A DNA stretch of 64,000 nucleotides from Deltaproteobacteria bacterium UBA5756 (GCA_002418985.1 DIFE01000081.1:1822-65821), one strand, 5' to 3'. Positions 24,775 through 34,652 are shown, counted from the first letter of the stretch. Notes: generated by a model not told the origin, from the sequence alone. Translations and numbers: made by a program.

Positions 24775-25521
24775 CTAATCCAGTATTTCCATCATTTCCT
24801 CAACAGCCCTCGATAACCCGACAGAATCGGATCGTGAGATTATTGCATGTCCGATGTTGAGTTCCAGGAGCTCTTTGGCATGTAAAAGAGGCACAACGTT
24901 TTTGTAATTGAGGCCATACCCGGCGTTGGTCTTAATTCTGATCCTTGCGGCATGTTCCGAAGCCTTGTAGATCAGCTCGATTTGTCTGTCAATCTCGGGC
25001 TTGTCCACCGCGTCAGCATATGCGCCCGTGTGGATCTCTATAAAATCGGCACCGCATTCTTTCGAAAGTTCAACGGTCTCTATGTCAGGTTCGATGAAGA
25101 CGGACACGGATATGCCGTGATCATGAAGCGACTCGATGGCATTTCTGATCGCAAGCATGTTCTTCCTGACATCAAGACCGCCTTTCGCCGTCATCTCTTC
25201 CTTCTTTTCAGGAACGATCGTGACCCGATCCGGTCTTGCTTTTTTTGCGATATCAACCATCTCCCGTGAGAGGGCCGTCTCAATATAGATCTTCCCGTTG
25301 ATCGGAATCGCTTTCCTTATCCCGATAATATCCCTGTCCTGTATATGACGCCTGTCTTCACGCAAACGAACCGCAATGCTGTTGCAGCCTGTTTTTGCAC
25401 ATATTGTTGCGGCCTCGACAGGGTCGGGCTCGCTTCCTCCCCGGCCCGCCCGCAATGCCGCAACGTGGCTGACATTCACGCACAACAGTGTGCGCGGCAC
25501 CTGAACTCCTCCGAATGCCAT
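24775..25521 (-). CDS. pdxJ: Pyridoxine 5'-phosphate synthase
   Basis: LCVNVSHVAALRAGRGGSEPDPVEAA...VRLREDRRHIQDRD...EIHTGAYA...NAGYGLNY. Confidence 0.9.
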   Translation of the reverse strand: MAFGGVQVPRTLLCVNVSHVAALRAGRGGSEPDPVEAATICAKTGCNSIAVRLREDRRHIQDRDIIGIRKAIPINGKIYIETALSREMVDIAKKARPDRVTIVPEKKEEMTAKGGLDVRKNMLAIRNAIESLHDHGISVSVFIEPDIETVELSKECGADFIEIHTGAYADAVDKPEIDRQIELIYKASEHAARIRIKTNAGYGLNYKNVVPLLHAKELLELNIGHAIISRSDSVGLSRAVEEMMEILD

Positions 25522-25887
25522 AGAAAAACCTCCCGTTCCTCACATTTTTGATCGATATTGCGTCCGGTAATACCGATAATACCCGCACCGGGTGTCATGA
25601 ATTACCGCATCGATAGACGATATTTTCGACATGGTTCCCGTTTTCCTCATCCGAAAAAATCGTACGAATCAAGATATCTCATATCTACGAAAATTTCAAA
25701 CCTTCCGCGCATGTGACAGCTCCTCATCACCATCTCAATGATACGACCCTGGATGTAAACCTATGGATTCTTCCAAAGAGAGCTGATGAGTGGAAAATCC
25801 GAGCTCGTAGTCCTCAAAGCATCGTAGACTTCAAACGGCAATCTATGCCGCCAAGCCAAAGCGAGGCAGGCATTAAGAAAGATGTTC

Positions 25888-25916
25888 TTGACAGATGTTA
25901 ACTTGTGCGTTAACAT
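25888..25916 (+). promoter_or_regulatory. Promoter candidate with two GTTAAC palindromes (likely TA autoregulation operator)
   Basis: TTGACA (25888-25893), 17 nt containing GTTAAC-6 nt-GTTAAC, then TAACAT (25911-25916). Confidence 0.4.
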
Positions 25917-26272
25917 GCCGTGTGCGGCGATCCGTTACGTTTTATGCGACTGTCGATGGCAAATGTCCGGTAAGAGATTTCCTTGACTCATTATCCGAAA
26001 AGGCCGCACAGAAAGCAACATGGGTATTAAACCTGTTGGAGGATCTTGAGGTTGTTCCTTCATCGTATTTCAAAAAGCTCACTGGAACAGAGGGCATCTG
26101 GGAATGCAGAATCCCGTTCGGTTCGAACGCGTACCGCATATTCTGTTTCTTTGCCGGCAGTTCAGTGGTTGTTCTTACACATGGATTGGTTAAGAAGAGC
26201 CAGAAAATGCCCAAACGAGAGATTCAGAGGGCAGAAGAGTATAGGAAAGATTATCTAAATAGGAGCGCATGA
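25895..26272 (+). CDS. Type II toxin, Gp49/HigB-like (RelE/ParE superfamily)
   Basis: [20 protein letters not shown]...[19 protein letters not shown] is typical of the phage Gp49-like family. The true start is probably the GTG at 25922, because the ATG at 25895 lies inside the promoter candidate. The stop overlaps the antitoxin start. Confidence 0.65.
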   Translation: MLTCALTCRVRRSVTFYATVDGKCPVRDFLDSLSEKAAQKATWVLNLLEDLEVVPSSYFKKLTGTEGIWECRIPFGSNAYRIFCFFAGSSVVVLTHGLVKKSQKMPKREIQRAEEYRKDYLNRSA

Positions 26273-26550
26273 CCATGAGCGATCTGAAAAAATATATCCA
26301 CGAGAGAAAAAAAAGAGACACGAAGTTCGCGCAGGGTTACGAAGCAGGATACGAACAGTTCAAGATAGGCGTGATGCTCCGCCAGGCGAGGGAGTCTGCG
26401 GGCCTGACCCAGGAAGAGCTGGCCGGAAGGCTCAAAACCAAGAAAACTGCCATTTCCAGGATCGAGAATCACGCGGAAGACATCAAGCTGTCGACCCTTG
26501 AAAGGGTTGCGGCAGCGCTCGGAAAACGGCTACAGGTGAGCATCTCCTGA
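26269..26550 (+). CDS. XRE-family HTH antitoxin (HigA-like)
   Basis: [31 protein letters not shown]; 4-nt overlap with the upstream toxin gene. Confidence 0.8.
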   Translation: MTMSDLKKYIHERKKRDTKFAQGYEAGYEQFKIGVMLRQARESAGLTQEELAGRLKTKKTAISRIENHAEDIKLSTLERVAAALGKRLQVSIS

Positions 26551-26741
26551 CCCAGGTTCCCGCTGCTTCCCCATGAATAACTTCCCGGAAGAAATAGATC
26601 GTCAACCTTTTCCAGCCATCCCGTATCCTTGAGGAGGGCATCGTATTGCACTGACACTTCCTTTTCGCAACAAGTGCTGACAGACATGATGTTTCCTGGA
26701 CTGAAGGTCGGCAGAGCAGCTGCGGTCAGTTGTGTCATTTA

Positions 26742-27137
26742 CTATGCGAGGATTATCTTATCTATCTGTTCAATTTGTTCAAAGTGCCGGTCTCGCGTGA
26801 GAAGAGTACCGCCGACGCTCATGCAGCAGGCGGCTATCCAGACATCGTTTATCGGAATGGGGGTCCCTCTCGCAGAGAGTGCGGAGTACACGAGCGAGTA
26901 TTTCCGGGCCACCTCTTCATCAACATCTATTATCGAAACCCCAAGGCCGGTGATGAAGTGCCGGAACCTTGTCTCATTCTCTTTGCTCTTGCTTCCCTTC
27001 TGAAAACCATAGAACAGTTCTCCCAGAACAATGACGGGCAGAAGGATCTCCGTGCTTCGCGTTGCAATGAGATCCACCACTTCCTGCCTTCCTTGACCGA
27101 AATCGACATAGATGTTCGTATCGAGGACAAGCTTCAT
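26742..27137 (-). CDS. vapC: PIN-domain toxin VapC
   Basis: MKLVLDTNIY..., LPVIVLGELFYG, DVWIAACC, LLTRDRHF. The ATG at 27137 overlaps the antitoxin stop (ATGA). Confidence 0.8.
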   Translation of the reverse strand: MKLVLDTNIYVDFGQGRQEVVDLIATRSTEILLPVIVLGELFYGFQKGSKSKENETRFRHFITGLGVSIIDVDEEVARKYSLVYSALSARGTPIPINDVWIAACCMSVGGTLLTRDRHFEQIEQIDKIILA

Positions 27138-27373
27138 TTCCAATCCCCTTCGTGGATTTCTTCAAAAACCTGAAGGGCTTCTCTCAGTTCGGAGGCATCT
27201 TCGGGAGTCAACCAGCCTGCCGCTTTCCTGATAAGCTGCTCGCGATTTGCCTCAAGACCCAACTTCTCATCGATCGCATCGAGAATAAAGGCTGTTTTCG
27301 TTTTCCCTTCTTTCTTTGCCGCCTGCCGTATCATCTCCTCTTTCTTCGGCGGAATTCGCAGACTGACTGGCAT
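27134..27373 (-). CDS. Ribbon-helix-helix antitoxin (VapB/CopG-like)
   Basis: The start was moved to the ATG at 27373 (RBS AGGAGG 7 nt upstream). MPVSLRIPPKKEEMIRQAAKKEGKTKTAFI fits an RHH N-terminus. Confidence 0.6.
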   Translation of the reverse strand: MPVSLRIPPKKEEMIRQAAKKEGKTKTAFILDAIDEKLGLEANREQLIRKAAGWLTPEDASELREALQVFEEIHEGDWK

Positions 27374-27457
27374 TTTGCATCCTCCTGTATCGCAAATATA
27401 CCTATTGTATCTCATCAGCCTGTCCCCGTCAAGAAGGCCTTAGCTGGCCGCTCCTTT

Positions 27458-28534
27458 TCACTGCGGATAGATCACCCTCTGTGAATAGACCCACCTTCCG
27501 CCGACCATAACCCCAACCGTCCCTCCATAGGGAGGAAGTGCCGCTGACCACGTCCATTTTGGGCATGGGGCGGGAGGGGCTGAGGATATAGGAGTCCCGT
27601 CCGCCCGGGTTATGAGGCCTATCGTTACCGGGTTGCCGAACCCGTCGGTGCGGTATGCGCTGCCGGCGGTGATTGAGGCCAGGAATCCCGGGATCGTATT
27701 TGCGTTGGTTATGTTGCGTGTCCCATCGGTGCTCCAGAAGGTCCCGTCGAAACCGCTGCAGCCGCACCTGCCCGTAATTGTGCCGAAGCACTTCTCCCCG
27801 GCGTAGCCGCCGGTTGCCTGCCAGATCCAGGGGATGAGGATGTCGTCGTTGCTCGCCAACCCCCCCTGCCCGCTGCATGGGTTTGACACCGCCTCGATGG
27901 TCAGCCGGCTGAGGTGATAGGATTTCATCGCCCGGGCAACGGTCAGGAGCTTCTCCTGGGACCGGACCATGTATTCGCTGTCGAGATGGCCCGAACTCCA
28001 CGTATCCGTCATCGACGTATTCCCGCCCGCCGTGATGGTCACGCTGTAGGGTGTCCGGTTATATCCGTTCAGATAGACGCTCCCGGCGGGATGCTCGTTG
28101 ACTGTCGCAAAGGTGAAGTCGAAACCGTACCCATCCGTGCATGTTGCATGGTGCACGGGCAATGCATCGGGAACGAGAGTACACTTTGCCTCGCGGAAAG
28201 CACTCACCACCGCATCGCTCCTGGTAGTGATAAGGAGTTTCGTTCCCGACGTGTCGGAGGTATCACGTGACGGAAGGACAGCCAGCGCCTTACAGCCGTC
28301 ATCGGTCCATCCGTGGCAATTTTCTTCCACGTCCCGAATGTTCTCCCGGTAAAGAACCTCAAAGGCATCCTCGATCTTCTCAAACCTCTGTATCGTATCG
28401 GCGGTGCCCTTAAAGTGAATGACCCTGTCCATGAAGGTGACGATGGTGCCCATGACGACTGAGGTAATGGCGATGGTTACAATGATCTCCAGCAGGGTCA
28501 GTCCCCCGGAACCTCTGAAATCGGCCGACGTCAC
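27458..28534 (-). CDS. Large prepilin-type minor pilin (R64 PilV-like position)
   Basis: Class III signal GG/LTLLEIIVTIAITSVVMG; 358 aa; last gene of the pilus operon. Confidence 0.65.
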   Translation of the reverse strand: MTSADFRGSGGLTLLEIIVTIAITSVVMGTIVTFMDRVIHFKGTADTIQRFEKIEDAFEVLYRENIRDVEENCHGWTDDGCKALAVLPSRDTSDTSGTKLLITTRSDAVVSAFREAKCTLVPDALPVHHATCTDGYGFDFTFATVNEHPAGSVYLNGYNRTPYSVTITAGGNTSMTDTWSSGHLDSEYMVRSQEKLLTVARAMKSYHLSRLTIEAVSNPCSGQGGLASNDDILIPWIWQATGGYAGEKCFGTITGRCGCSGFDGTFWSTDGTRNITNANTIPGFLASITAGSAYRTDGFGNPVTIGLITRADGTPISSAPPAPCPKWTWSAALPPYGGTVGVMVGGRWVYSQRVIYPQ

Positions 28535-29109
28535 CGTAAATCCACCATATCATAGAAAGAACACCCGGCGTCTGTTGCCGGCCTGGAATAGCGGTAATTC
28601 ATGACCGTGCCGTTCGACATTTCCGACAGCATGCCTTCGGGGACAGCCTCTCTGAAGAGATGTCTGCCGTACCATGCGTAGTCAACGTCTGTGGCCGTTT
28701 CGCAGTCGAGGCTCGTGGAGACCGGGCCTGCGCGTATTTCAGAGACAAGGCCGCTTTCGTTGGGCATGAAAGCCCAGAGAAAGTCCACGTCGTCTTTGCC
28801 GCACTGTGCCTGCATCATAACGCACGTATTGACCATTGCCTGCTCGATCACGGCCTTGCGCCACCTTCTGTCCTCCTGTGTACCCTGACGTACAGGGAAC
28901 AGATCCAATTCATCGGCCCTGACGGCTATCTGCCTGCCGAATACGGTAACATTCTCCGGCACCTGCCCCGTCTCATGAAGTATCGATCTGGCCCGGTCAT
29001 TCGCAACCTTCTCGTATTCAGAAAGAGGTAGTCCATCTATGCCCGCAAAAACAGTTAGAAGCATGATAGGCAGCACGGCAAGCATGAGGAGGACAACGGA
29101 GGCTAGCAT
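28531..29109 (-). CDS. Membrane-anchored hypothetical protein
   Basis: The start was moved to the ATG at 29109, downstream of the pilin stop. It has a single N-terminal TM (LASVVLLMLAVLPIMLLTVFA) and 4 Cys in the periplasmic part. Confidence 0.4.
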   Translation of the reverse strand: MLASVVLLMLAVLPIMLLTVFAGIDGLPLSEYEKVANDRARSILHETGQVPENVTVFGRQIAVRADELDLFPVRQGTQEDRRWRKAVIEQAMVNTCVMMQAQCGKDDVDFLWAFMPNESGLVSEIRAGPVSTSLDCETATDVDYAWYGRHLFREAVPEGMLSEMSNGTVMNYRYSRPATDAGCSFYDMVDLR

Positions 29110-29143
29110 AAGAAATCGATAACAATTGTATGGACCACACCGT

Positions 29144-29617
29144 CTACCGGCATCGGGCGGTGCCTTTGAATCCGGTAACGACGCAATTGATCGCATTATC
29201 GTCACTTACATCCGAGTCAGATTCACAAATTCTCTGGTCGACAAGTCTGGTCAGGATAGCTTTAGCGGAGTCCTGGCTCTCGAACGTAGGGGTCTGAAGT
29301 ACCAGATCGCTGGACTCACATTGATAACCATGCGCAATGGCGCCGGTTCTGAAATCCGCTTCAACATAATCGTCGAGTGCCGCAGGCCATGTGGCGGTCA
29401 TGTCTGCTGCTACGGGCAATGAATGTTTGTACATAACATATTCGGTCAATCCTGTGGAAATAACCCTTATCCTTTCCTGGGCCGTTGAGAAATTGGCGGC
29501 GGCTTTGCCTTTCCCGAGAAGAATAGCCGTTAAGCCTATTAGTGCCGCCGCAAGTGCCACAACGACAACAAACTCAATCAACGTAAAACCATGCTTGTTT
29601 TTCAAAACTTTCTTCAT
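29144..29617 (-). CDS. Type IV pilin (prepilin-type N-terminal cleavage/methylation domain)
   Basis: KHG/FTLIEFVVVVALAAALIG; 157 aa. Confidence 0.75.
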   Translation of the reverse strand: MKKVLKNKHGFTLIEFVVVVALAAALIGLTAILLGKGKAAANFSTAQERIRVISTGLTEYVMYKHSLPVAADMTATWPAALDDYVEADFRTGAIAHGYQCESSDLVLQTPTFESQDSAKAILTRLVDQRICESDSDVSDDNAINCVVTGFKGTARCR

Positions 29618-29628
29618 AGCTCTTCTCC

Positions 29629-30855
29629 TTATATTTTTCCCTGATCGACCCTGTCGAGAAGCTCCATCTTAAGGCAACTGTCTATGATCCCCTTGCGCTC
29701 GAGAACAGACAGGGACATCTCGAAAGTTACGGCATTCCTGATCGCGTTGCCGCGAAAGGCGTTTTCCACCTCATTGTATGCTCCCCGTTCGATACCGGCC
29801 TTGATCGTTGGCGGGAAAAAGAGGACCTCGGGTACGAGAATATATCCCGTCCTTTTTGTACCCTTTGCCGTATATTCCTTGTGAATGAGCTTTTGGCTGA
29901 CAATCGCCGTCAGGCACTGGGCCATCTTCTTGCGCCACGCATCTGTGTCCTCTCCGTAGCCGTCGAGAAGGCGCAGCGTGGTCATTGCATCCGGAGTATG
30001 GATGCTGGAGATCACAAGAAATCCTTTCTCCGCGGCAGTAAATAGCGCGGTGACCTCATCTCTTGTGCGTACCTCGCCCACAACGAGACCGGCAAGGTTG
30101 TTCCTTAACGCCATCCTTACGCCTTCCAGGATATCGGGAATGTGGACACCGATCTCGTATTGCCGGAAAACCGTTCTTTTGTTCTGATAGACATATTCTA
30201 TGGGATCTTCGAGGGTGTAGACGGCGCCGTTCATCCGTTCCGCAAGGAAGTCGAGTTCCGATGCGATGAGTGTCGTCTTGCCGGAACCTACCACCCCGGT
30301 ATGAAGAATAAGCCCGCGAGGATAGGAATAGGAAAAGTCGAAGAGGCTTTTGATGCCCGCGAGCATGTTAAAGGGATCAAGATCTTCGAGTCGCGGTATC
30401 GCATAGGGCAAGACACGGGCGGCAAAACCAAGACCCTCCTGTGAATTGGAGACGCTCATGCGGAACCTGCCTATGTCCTTCACCGAGAACGCATATTCAA
30501 AATAACCTTTGTTTCTGATGTGTTTCAGGATTGCCGTGCCTGCATCGCTATCCGTTTCCCCCTTGAACTTCCTTTGTCGTGTATTTGCGACAGCAGCGAG
30601 GATTTCCGCCTTGCCTGGTTTTACCACCACGCCCCCGGTTATCTCCATGACTTCACATTTCTTCAGAATGCCGAGCCTGACCGGGCGCTTTTCAACAGCG
30701 ATAATATCGGTGGCATTCCTTTCTTTCGCGTAGATGAGAACGTCCCTGAACCAGCCGAGGTTCTCGATATTAAGCTCAGCGGCACCGATGTCGACAGTGC
30801 CTTTGTCTGTCATCGTGTGTAGCCCGGGATCCCACCCTGCCCGTTCCATTTTCAT
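29629..30855 (-). CDS. PilT-like secretion ATPase (GspE superfamily, short form)
   Basis: Walker A GVVGSGKTT, Asp/Walker B VVGEVRTRDE, His box SSIHT. It has no GspE-type Cys4 motif. Confidence 0.75.
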   Translation of the reverse strand: MKMERAGWDPGLHTMTDKGTVDIGAAELNIENLGWFRDVLIYAKERNATDIIAVEKRPVRLGILKKCEVMEITGGVVVKPGKAEILAAVANTRQRKFKGETDSDAGTAILKHIRNKGYFEYAFSVKDIGRFRMSVSNSQEGLGFAARVLPYAIPRLEDLDPFNMLAGIKSLFDFSYSYPRGLILHTGVVGSGKTTLIASELDFLAERMNGAVYTLEDPIEYVYQNKRTVFRQYEIGVHIPDILEGVRMALRNNLAGLVVGEVRTRDEVTALFTAAEKGFLVISSIHTPDAMTTLRLLDGYGEDTDAWRKKMAQCLTAIVSQKLIHKEYTAKGTKRTGYILVPEVLFFPPTIKAGIERGAYNEVENAFRGNAIRNAVTFEMSLSVLERKGIIDSCLKMELLDRVDQGKI

Positions 30856-30860
30856 CTCCT

Positions 30861-31883
30861 TTAAAACATCTTGCCTGACGCCGATTTGTCGATGAAGGTG
30901 AAAAGCATCGTATACACCGGCGACATTATGACAACGATCTGGATAGCGACGACGGCAAAGGCAAAGACATTTACAAACGACCCTATAACGGAGAATTTCG
31001 AGATGGCGTCATCGATCATCTTCGTGCCGATCATCGCAAAACCCTCCGACATGTTGGCGGTATCTATCTTCACCTTGAGTAATAAATAGCTTTCAAAAGG
31101 CAGATATTCTTCGATCTCATCGATGACTTCCGAAAAACTTCGCGTCACCGATTCGTCGGCCACCATGTGGAATATCTGCATCCACATGCCTTGAGAGAAA
31201 TCAGCCACGCGGCGGAAGGCGTTGGACGGTGAAAGACCGGACATCAAGGCGAGGGACACAACCTTGAAGGCCTGGCCGAGAACAAGGGAACCGTAGACGT
31301 TTCGGATCACGGGCATTTTGTCGGCTTTTTTGAATACCAGGGCGATGGCGCTGCCCGTAATTGCCGTGTACGTAAGGAAAAGGACATTGCGATGGGCAAC
31401 GATGAATTTACCCGTTTTGAAGGAGAGTTCCTTTTCAATACCGGGAAGTTTCAGGGCATTGAGAATATTGGCGAGCACATAGGTGAGTCCGTATCCAACC
31501 GCTATCGATACCCCGATCACGAGCAGGGGATAGATCACCGCCGAGACGATCTTCTTTTTTGCCGCGGCAACCTCTTCTTCCATATCCACGAGTTCCTTGA
31601 GAACTGTATTGAGGTTTCCCGTCTGCTGCCCTATCTCGATAAGGTCAACATACTTTTCGAAGAGACCCACCTCACGCATCGCCTCGGGAAGCGTCCGCCC
31701 TTCCCTGCTCACCATATCTGAAGCAACCGACAGGCGGTCCGCCATTTCGCTGTCAGGAAGCTTGTCGGCTATCCTGCGCAACGCCTCCTGGATCGATACA
31801 TTGGCCACCATAAGGAGGTGGAGACTCTTCATGATCGTAATATCGCCAACCTTCCTTCCTGTAAACCGCGAAAAAACCTGCAT
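30861..31883 (-). CDS. GspF/PilC-family platform protein (R64 PilR-like size)
   Basis: 340 aa with the T2SSF-like pattern (LPEAM...LIEIGQQTGNL) and 3 TM segments. The start overlaps the stop of the upstream ATPase gene (TAATG). Confidence 0.7.
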   Translation of the reverse strand: MQVFSRFTGRKVGDITIMKSLHLLMVANVSIQEALRRIADKLPDSEMADRLSVASDMVSREGRTLPEAMREVGLFEKYVDLIEIGQQTGNLNTVLKELVDMEEEVAAAKKKIVSAVIYPLLVIGVSIAVGYGLTYVLANILNALKLPGIEKELSFKTGKFIVAHRNVLFLTYTAITGSAIALVFKKADKMPVIRNVYGSLVLGQAFKVVSLALMSGLSPSNAFRRVADFSQGMWMQIFHMVADESVTRSFSEVIDEIEEYLPFESYLLLKVKIDTANMSEGFAMIGTKMIDDAISKFSVIGSFVNVFAFAVVAIQIVVIMSPVYTMLFTFIDKSASGKMF

Positions 31884-33721
31884 TACAGGAGCCTCAGTAC
31901 CGCGTCCATGTCTATCGTCCCCAATGTCATCTTGTTGTATGCATCCATAAGGATGCTGTTGCTCATGTCGGCGGCCTCCACCTTCGCTTCCATGTGATAA
32001 CCGGAGATCCTTCCGTCGGAAAAGTGGCCCGGCCTGAACTCGATCGCCTCGCCGAGAACCGTTCGGCCTGAATACCCCGCGGAGAGAACACGCCGCGCCA
32101 TCCCCCGGCTGCCTTCCCCGATCGTCTTCCTGCAGGCATCACAGCCGTCGGACAGACTTGGGATATAGAATCTTTTTTCGCGGATATTGCTGAGGAAAAG
32201 GTCCCTTTCGGGATAACGGAGTTTTTTCATCCATTCCGGTATAGTGCCCAGGGGTTCCACCATCTCTTTTTTGCAGTGGTTGCAGAGCTTCTTTACCAGC
32301 ACCTGGTTAACACCCATGATAAGATTGTCCGCCACGGCGTCGATGGAAACCCCATAATCCTCTATCAGCATCTGGGGAATCTGTGCGACCCGTGATACGT
32401 GGAGAGTTCCCAATACAAGATGCCCTGTTTTGGACAGGTGGACCGCCGTGCTGACCGTTTCTTCATCACGCAGTTCGCCTATGAAAATGACGTCCGGGTC
32501 GTGCCTCTTGAAGGCCCTCGCAAATTCCGGGAATCCCACCACGTGTATGCTTGTCTTGCTGCTCTTCTCGCTGCCCGCGTCCTCCACGTATTCAAAGGTC
32601 TGGAATTGGCGCCCGCCGGGGATCTGATACTCGATGGGGTCCTCGACGCAGAGTATACATTTTGTCGAAGACAGGCCCGCCAGAAGGGTGTTCACCGTTC
32701 TCGACTTTCCGCTCCCTGTGGGACCGGTGACAAGGATGATTCCGCGGTTTCGTCTGACAGCCGTCTCGAACATATCGACGTGGTGCTCCAGGTATCCCAG
32801 ATCGTATAGCTTCTCGTTCCTGATGTCCGTTTTGGCGAGGACGCGCAGGACAACATCGCTGTTTACCGCGTCGGGTTTCCAGATCAATGACATTCTGAGG
32901 TCTACATCCGTATGCCATCCGACGTCTTCTTTTCTGCATATGATCTTTCCATCGAGAGGCCGTCTTTTTTCGTCAGTCTTCAGGGAAGGAGTCATTTCCT
33001 TTGCCCAGTTGATAAGCACATTGACGAGGGAACGTCCTTTCTCGGCCTTCAATGTATGGACGTCGACAAGATCGCCGAGGAGTCTGAAACGGATCTTGTA
33101 TATATCCTGATTGTCCTGGGGAAAGATATGGATGTCCGTCGCCCCGTGAATGAGGGCATCCCTGATGAAAGGATAGATAAACTCTCTGGATACATTTCTG
33201 TCGGCTATGACGACTTTCGCTGTACCTGCCGGGTTTGCATATCCGCTCTTGATCTCGATGTTGTGAAAATCGTCCTTCTTCAGGAGGAAGAAACTGGTTT
33301 CATCAATGCGATCCTTCCCGAGATCTTTGAGGGCCATGGGATGCCAGACATATACGTGCATGGAGGAATTGCCCTCCGAGCCGTCTATCGTAGACGTGAT
33401 GAGCCTGCCGTCTTTGATATGCCGGATGTGGCCCTCCACGTCCCGGGCGGCGGGGATGCCCGTGAGAGTCTGAAATACGCTGCGGAGCTCCTCATACGTC
33501 ATGGCGTTCTCAATCTCGCAGATCACGTTATATACGCTCTGGTCGATCTGTTTTGCCCTTTCAAGGAAGATCTTGAAAGACTCCTGGGCCATACCCTTGA
33601 TGTCGACAAGATACCGGGAGATCGCATTTTCAACACGTGAACGATCCAGTGATTCGATCCGGTTGGCGACCCGGCCAACCGTTGCGCATGTATCGGTACT
33701 GTTCACAGGTCTTTCCATCAT
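31883..33721 (-). CDS. GspE/PilB-family assembly ATPase
   Basis: Walker A GPTGSGKSRT, FIGELRDEET, GTLHV, and the C-terminal Cys4 (CNHC...CDAC) typical of extension ATPases. Confidence 0.85.
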   Translation of the reverse strand: MMERPVNSTDTCATVGRVANRIESLDRSRVENAISRYLVDIKGMAQESFKIFLERAKQIDQSVYNVICEIENAMTYEELRSVFQTLTGIPAARDVEGHIRHIKDGRLITSTIDGSEGNSSMHVYVWHPMALKDLGKDRIDETSFFLLKKDDFHNIEIKSGYANPAGTAKVVIADRNVSREFIYPFIRDALIHGATDIHIFPQDNQDIYKIRFRLLGDLVDVHTLKAEKGRSLVNVLINWAKEMTPSLKTDEKRRPLDGKIICRKEDVGWHTDVDLRMSLIWKPDAVNSDVVLRVLAKTDIRNEKLYDLGYLEHHVDMFETAVRRNRGIILVTGPTGSGKSRTVNTLLAGLSSTKCILCVEDPIEYQIPGGRQFQTFEYVEDAGSEKSSKTSIHVVGFPEFARAFKRHDPDVIFIGELRDEETVSTAVHLSKTGHLVLGTLHVSRVAQIPQMLIEDYGVSIDAVADNLIMGVNQVLVKKLCNHCKKEMVEPLGTIPEWMKKLRYPERDLFLSNIREKRFYIPSLSDGCDACRKTIGEGSRGMARRVLSAGYSGRTVLGEAIEFRPGHFSDGRISGYHMEAKVEAADMSNSILMDAYNKMTLGTIDMDAVLRLL

Positions 33722-34638
33722 TGTGCCGTTACCTTCAGTGTCCTTCCGCTCTTGAGGTGCACTTCATTCATCGTGATTCCCGCAACGGAGTCGCCATCCA
33801 CTACCGAACCCACTTTCAGTTCGCCCTTGTTCGTCAATGCGATTGAGGTATTCTGTGTTTGTATGACCCCGACCACCTTCAGATCCCCGGGCCGATCGGT
33901 CCCGCCCAAGATCGACGGCAGGACAGCGAGTTCATTGCCGGTGAGGCCCGACGTCAATTTTCCTGCGTTGCCCGATCGTGGAGAACGCGAAGATGCGGCA
34001 TTCTTTCGGCGAGTCTTCGGCGCCCGTGAGGCTTCAAATCTTTTCAGAAATTTGTCACGAAAAGGATTGTCATCCCTCAGCACCAACTGGTTGAGAAGCG
34101 TCTCGGGCTGAACCGGCGCGGCCCGTGGCGCCGTCGCCGTCCCCAAGGTCCGGACTGCCTTTTCGCCGGGTGGCGGTGAAACCGCTTTAACCGGAACGGA
34201 CCGTTCCGCCGGCACGGGTTTGTTCTGCGCGGGTGCGCCGTTTGTGACGTGATCCACGACAGGTGCCGCTTGCGGGACCCGTCCGTTCGACGGCGGCAAT
34301 TGTGCTGATTGCGCGGCGTCGCCCGGCTGCCCATCGATAAACTGCGTGTCCGGGGAGGATGGGGCGCCTCCTCCTTTCCCGAGATCGATACCCTTTACAA
34401 GGGCAGGGGGATTGGCGGAGATCCTCTTATTAAGCGACCACCGGGTAGAGTCAAGGTAGAAGTACCCGCCGATTGCAGCCGCAAAGACGATGAATACACC
34501 AATACAGAGGCCGATCCACGTCAGAATGCCCCCGCCCTTTTCGGCCGCCTTGTTTTGCAGGACGGGATACTCTTCCGCGCGACATTCATCACCGGATTCA
34601 TCATCTCCGCCTTTCTTCTTCACAAATGGAAGTCTCAT
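33718..34638 (-). CDS. Bitopic Pro-rich protein with C-terminal beta domain (PilP/GspC-like position)
   Basis: One TM (WIGLCIGVFIVFAAAIGGYFY), a Pro/Ala-rich linker, and the C-terminus LKVVGVIQTQNTSIALTNKGELKVGSVVDGDSV. Confidence 0.45.
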   Translation of the reverse strand: MRLPFVKKKGGDDESGDECRAEEYPVLQNKAAEKGGGILTWIGLCIGVFIVFAAAIGGYFYLDSTRWSLNKRISANPPALVKGIDLGKGGGAPSSPDTQFIDGQPGDAAQSAQLPPSNGRVPQAAPVVDHVTNGAPAQNKPVPAERSVPVKAVSPPPGEKAVRTLGTATAPRAAPVQPETLLNQLVLRDDNPFRDKFLKRFEASRAPKTRRKNAASSRSPRSGNAGKLTSGLTGNELAVLPSILGGTDRPGDLKVVGVIQTQNTSIALTNKGELKVGSVVDGDSVAGITMNEVHLKSGRTLKVTAQ

Positions 34639-34652
34639 GCCTGTCTCCCGAT

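Noticed and set aside
25895-25921. ATG at 25895 as the start of the HigB-like toxin
   Set aside because: This ATG lies between the -35 and -10 boxes of the best promoter candidate. The GTG at 25922 gives an N-terminus (…[16 protein letters not shown]) closer to the family norm. The feature coordinates were left at the ORF-track start because this is unverified.
26105-26116. GGTTCGAAC, a tRNA T-loop-like string noticed while looking for a tRNA or tmRNA attachment site near island or array borders
   Set aside because: It lies inside the HigB-like coding frame with no acceptor or anticodon stem context. I found no tRNA-like cloverleaf next to either repeat copy or at the 25.5-kb and 55-kb borders.
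27416-28534. Shufflon-type inversion system at the C-terminus of the PilV-like minor pilin, as in R64
   Set aside because: No clustered short inverted repeats, alternative C-terminal gene segments or Rci-type recombinase gene lie downstream. The gene is followed directly by a TA pair.
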